A DNA stretch of 52,968 nt, counting the filler, from Catajapyx aquilonaris (Eukaryota), in the NCBI GenBank assembly GCA_000934665.2. It is 3 parts of 3 records of this genome, joined end to end, with 100 filler letters (N's around TTAATTAATTAA, not from the genome) between each part and the next. Parts side by side here need not be neighbours in the genome. Positions count along the whole stretch, not along the records: positions 35,410 to 52,968 come from JYFJ02006920.1; 2 more parts are not named here. One strand, 5' to 3'. This document shows, one piece after another, positions 48,048 through 52,968 of this stretch. The notes under the pieces were generated by a model. It was not told the DNA's origin, did no database searches, and saw nothing but the letters and a program-made list of their open reading frames with translations. Every line of letters begins with the position of its first letter. Positions within the stretch are counted from its first letter, which is position 1. The translations under genes were made by a program, and so were the position numbers.

Positions 48048-49095
48048 AAATGCGTATACGTACCTGACATCACTGAACTCACTGACATAGTATCCTTTCG
48101 TGTTCGATAAAAGCGCCGTCAATGTGGAAAATGCAACATATTCAAATTTTTGTTAGTGTACTGTATAAAGTTCTACATTTCACACAGCACAGGGCTACAT
48201 TGCAGAACATTTCAACCAGGTGAGAAATACGTGTTATTCTTGTTTGTGTTCCATCCCTCGGAGCGGAACTAAGGCGAAACTAGGAGAGCATAATTGCGAC
48301 ATTCCTACCATCTACCGGGATTCCTGTAAAGTTCTAGAAAAGCTCACCTCCCCCTCTAGACATCTAGCTGCTACTAATGAAACTTCAAGTAATATTGTCT
48401 CCTCTACTATAACTTTCTGAAATGCTGTGGAGATGGGAAGGAGAGGGGAAAGCTAGAATTGCAAAAAAAAAGTGTCAATCGATTGAGATGCAGGGGTGGC
48501 AGTATTGGAAATTTGCAATTTTCGAACTTCAAAAGGGCTAAGTAGTAAGGAGTTGGATGGAATGGGCAGAACTGCAATACCGGTATTAATATTATGTAGG
48601 CCCTAGCAATAATCGTAAATGGAACTCAATTTTTACAGGTTTGTTGATTAAAACGCTATGATGAATTCAATGATGCAACAACACTATCTACTCAGGGTAT
48701 ATTGTATCAGCCCAATCGAAGGATTACATACACTAACCCTTTTTCATTAGGCTGATACAATGGGAAACAATAATTAAACAACAAATAGCTTACTGTAACT
48801 TTCGTACCAGTAGAGTGACATGGAGTGTTATAGCATAGAAATTACGAAAAATTATTGCATATCAGTTGAAAAAAATTAAGTGTGCAGGGACTGCAGGCAT
48901 AAAAAATTAAACCAATAACTTTCGAACCAGTTGAGTGACATTGAGGCATATGACGTTCTTCCTCTGAGCGCTTCCTCTGAGCTGGAATATTTATTGCAAG
49001 CAGTAAATATTAAATGTGTCGTAAATAAGTAGGCCCTATACAGTGCCTAAATCCACGAGTGTCATGTTCTGCCTATATTTAACTCTAGGCATAGG

Positions 49096-49370
49096 AACCG
49101 AAGCAGGTTGGCATAGTGGATAAGGCGTTCGACTGCTAATCGGAAGGTCCTGGGTTCGAATCCCGGTGCCGGCAACTCTAACCGTGGTTTTCTGTGGTTT
49201 CCCACGGTTTCTCCAGGAGAATTCCGGAGTTGTTTCCTAATAAACAGGCCACAGCCGCCCCATTCCTTTCCTATCCTCTCCCAAAGAGCAATAAGTAAAA
49301 ATGCAAGCAAAGAGTTCCAGACAAACAAAAATTCCCCCCTAAAGAGCCGCCGGCTGATAACGGGGTATGA

Positions 49371-49460
<90 letters not shown>
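49096..49460 (+). mobile_element. tRNA-derived SINE with (ATT)n tail and 15-bp TSD
   Basis: Same head as the 36982 copy; TSD aactctaggcatagg at 49081-49095 and 49461-49475. Confidence 0.9.
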
Positions 49461-49465
<5 letters not shown>

Positions 49466-49897
49466 TAGGCATAGGCAACTGTTTTGTTATTCACTTCAAA
49501 GTAGTGTGAGTAAAAGCTCTGTCACGAATTATTGGCTCAACAAGAGGATGAGCCTTTATGTTATTCTCACTGTTGGCATTCGTTGTTTGAGGATAATAAA
49601 TTGTTGCCATTGTGACATCAGTAGTTCAGTATTATTCTCTGGCTGAAGCAACAATTTCATCATGAGATGAAATTTTACCACAAAAATTAGGTTTTGGTTT
49701 CCATTACCATGCGGCAGTATTATATTAGGCTACTGTTAGTTTCAACTACATAATCCAAATGTTCTTCAAATATCTGAATAGTAATGAAATGCAAGGCACC
49801 CCACTTGAATAAAGCAGGCAAATGTCACTACAGTTTTTACACATATCCTGTATACAGTACAATGATTATATTCAATGCAACAGGAGCAAGCACAATC

Positions 49898-51861
49898 AGG
49901 TGAATCCGATGATTCCATGACAAATCAGGCAAAATAAATTCAAGATGCAACCCTCATGTGCGCTATGTCCATGATATTTGGATTGTGATATTGGAATGGG
50001 ATATGAAAAAGATCTAACGTGGAAAAAATGACACATGTGTCACAGATGCTGAGTAGCCATGTGACATAGAATGTGTGAAATAGCGCGGTACCCCTACATA
50101 AATCAATTGCTGTACAAGTTAACAATAATTTTTAAGGAATTCTTTTGGCCTTCTTGTATACTTAACCGCGAAGGGTGTCTAATACATGCCAGATAATATT
50201 TTTATCTCAAAAATGGCTATACTGTTTTGAGGTCAAAATCTTTGACCTTTGACCTGAGGTGTGTGGACATCCATAGAAAAATTCTGAAAAAATTACACAT
50301 ATACCTCTACCCATTTCATATCTGACGGCCAAGATTCCACGATGTAGTAAATTTTGTTTTCCCGGAAAAAAATCCGATGTGAACACGTACACGGCCGCTC
50401 AGCTGGTAGGAGTTGGGTTATGAGGGGATTTTCCACTCCCTGTTCCCGCGATTGGTGACTGGTATGAACTACCCGTATTCGCCGAGATTGTGCGAAGGTA
50501 AGTAGCATATGGAAAATGGAGATGAACAATTATTCCAGTCCACATACCAGGAAGAGCATTCAGCTTACCAGGTATGGTGCCCTAGAGTCAGGTCGACCTA
50601 CACCTAGGGGTCGTGCAAATACCACGTGACCGATTTTAGGCCACTTTTTGACCACCCGGGACCGACCGTGGTATCCATTGGAACACCCCCCCGTTTTTCA
50701 CGTGGTTTTTTAAAATGTCAATGTTATCAGAAAAAACTCGATCGAATATGGTAGCTCCTCAACTAAACTGTTTAAGCACGTAAAAAACATGTCTTCCCAT
50801 GTTTTCGGGGTCGCTGATTTCGAATTGTAGGTTATTTTGAACCCATGTGCATCTGTAAAAGCTCCCATATGTGCCCACTCACCGTGTTCAGAGATACCAC
50901 GTGAACTGTCGCCGACCCCCCCCCCCCCCGACCCCCCGTGACCAACCGTGGTATATCCAAGGGTATATCAGCAGGCCCCCCTCCCCCCAAAACGGTCACG
51001 TGGTATTTGCACGACCCCTCCTGAAGAAGTTCTCAACATCGACAAGGAAGTGCTGTGATCCCTTCAAAATATCCCTGAGGCAATTCGTACGAAAGGACTA
51101 CGGGCTGTCAGTGACGCTTGGTACGAGAAGTTGAAGAATGTAGCACCTTCTGCAATACCTGGGCAAAAGATCTGCCCCGAATGTGCTATCAAAAGAAAGA
51201 CTATATGGTATTATGCAGAATTACTGTTTTAATAGGTTTGACAATTTTTTTTTCTGTTATGAAATTTACTACATACTGGAAACTTGGTTATCGCGTCAGT
51301 GGTACGTAGTTGTACGTGCATATTTATTTTCATAATTTTCCATGGAACACACGTGTGACGATTCATATGATAATTATGCTACATTAGTGTTTTAATAGGT
51401 GGGATAATTTTTTTCTCTGTTTTAAAATTTACTACATTTTGGAAACTTGGCACCCACGTTTGGAGTACATCATAGTTCGCGTCTATTTATTTTCAGAATT
51501 TTCCATGGATGTCCACACATAAAGGTCAGAGGTCACGAACTAGACATTAAGAAACTATGTTCTGTTTTGACATTTTCAAAACTTTTGTGCATACTCATAT
51601 GACGATTGGGATGTTTTGCACCTGTGAAAACAAACTTTATATCTACATCGTGTATATTTACTTTGGTATAAATTCCTTTCGGAGACCCTGTTATGATTTT
51701 CCCCTGAAATTAGGCAACACTTTTTCAGTTGACCTATGAACTTAGAGTAAAACAAAAAATTGCATAGGTATCATGCCACCATGACTATGTCACTCACCGA
51801 TTTTCATTGAGAAACAAATGGTGGGGTTGCATGCTTTGCCTGATTTGTCATGGAATCACCC
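49898..51861 (+). mobile_element. Sola2-like long-TIR DNA transposon relic with decayed Cys-rich ORF
   Basis: 4-bp TSD AATC (49894-49897, 51862-51865); termini (A/G)GGTGA..TTCCATGACAAATCAGGCAAA; further inverted match about 50240-50355 vs 51425-51535; internal KCCDPFK...PGQKICPEC. Confidence 0.65.
50606..51019. mobile_element. MITE, same family as 19697-20108, inserted in the Sola2-like ORF
   Basis: TIR AGGGGTCGTGCAAATACCACGTGACCG at both ends; CCT repeated on both flanks. Confidence 0.85.
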
Positions 51862-52968
51862 AATCAGACTGAGAGAGATAATAAATTCAGCAAATACTTG
51901 TGTCCTTAAAACAGCCTCGTGTGTGAAGCAGTATACAGGTCACAAATCCAAATAGTGTGAAAAAAGGCAGACTCATGTTGTGCAGCAGTTATTAACCCAA
52001 TGATACATTTTGCAAGGCCGGTCCTTGCCAATAATCCACAGCAATGAGAGAAAATTCACAACCACTAGCCACATTATTAATAATAGTGTGACTAATCACA
52101 TTAGCCCTTTTCACTGACTTATGCAAGAACTGCAACTGATAGGCAAGTTTGACGTGCATTACTTGCACTGTACAGGATAAGCCTGAACTCCACGATGCAG
52201 CTTGTCTGACTCACCTCTTATTAGGCACTTCTGAATTACAATGTGCTAATAAATATGATTATAATCTGGACTATTGTCATTGGCATGGCAGGGACGAAAC
52301 CACGTTCAAACTTCACGTGTGAGACTAACATGCAAGGCTGTGTGGTCTTCTACATGTGAGGTCAGAACCATCCAAGTTTGGTCCCATCTCCATCTGTCAC
52401 ACCTATATATCTTCTGACAGACACAGGTGGTAGCCTCAGTCGATACTGTATTGGTTCTTACCCTCTCAGACTTTAAGCAAATATTCATACAAATAAAAGA
52501 AACCAATATTGATCATGTTTCACCAATCACATTTTAATTTTTCCTTTATGTACTAGTTCAGTCGTATTACCTGAAAGAACAGGATTATGATTTATCGAGT
52601 ACAAGACACACCAAATAATAATCCAATGGCATACAACAATACAAAATCGCTTAATACTAGTAGGTTTACAAAAGAAAACTACATCACAAAAAACATATGA
52701 AAGTGCTGAAACCTTCAACTACATTCACGAACTTTTATCATTTCTTATGAAATGTGGGAAGACACCAGGAGTGGATCAAACAATGATTGGACTATCATTT
52801 CCGTCCAATTTATTATTCTAAGTCATAAAGAACACATTTTCTCTCTGTAAAGCAGCAGCTAACATTGATGAAAATATGACACTGTGCCATCATTGCAACA
52901 AAATAAGTAACAAGCAAGTTTTAAAATTATTAATCATTACCAGTACCTACTAAAATGGTGGCTTAGAT

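Noticed and set aside
52306..52718. Short minus-strand ORFs at the window end
   Set aside because: No recognisable homology or coherent exon chain.

Overview
Eukaryotic (metazoan, probably arthropod) genomic DNA in three blocks joined by artificial N-TTAATTAATTAA-N linkers (17620-17719, 35310-35409), so adjacency across them is unproven. Block 1 has a compact cluster: UBXN6 (minus, 5 exons), an unexplained 141-aa single-TM ORF ending 51 nt before the UBXN6 ATG (candidate dicistronic mRNA), a bidirectional promoter, MON1 (plus, 6 exons) and XRCC3 (minus, 2 exons). Block 2 has REXO2 (minus, 3 exons, TE-filled introns), a possible head-to-head partner exon, and a 3-exon divergent tandem-HMG-box gene with basic and acidic tail that the ORF track shows only in pieces. 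Block 3 has no recognisable host gene: tRNA-derived SINEs, palindromic MITEs, mariner and rosa remnants, and a Sola2-like element with a decayed ARL14EP-like Cys domain. Exon boundaries were read by hand from GT-AG signals and frame continuity; no searches were run.
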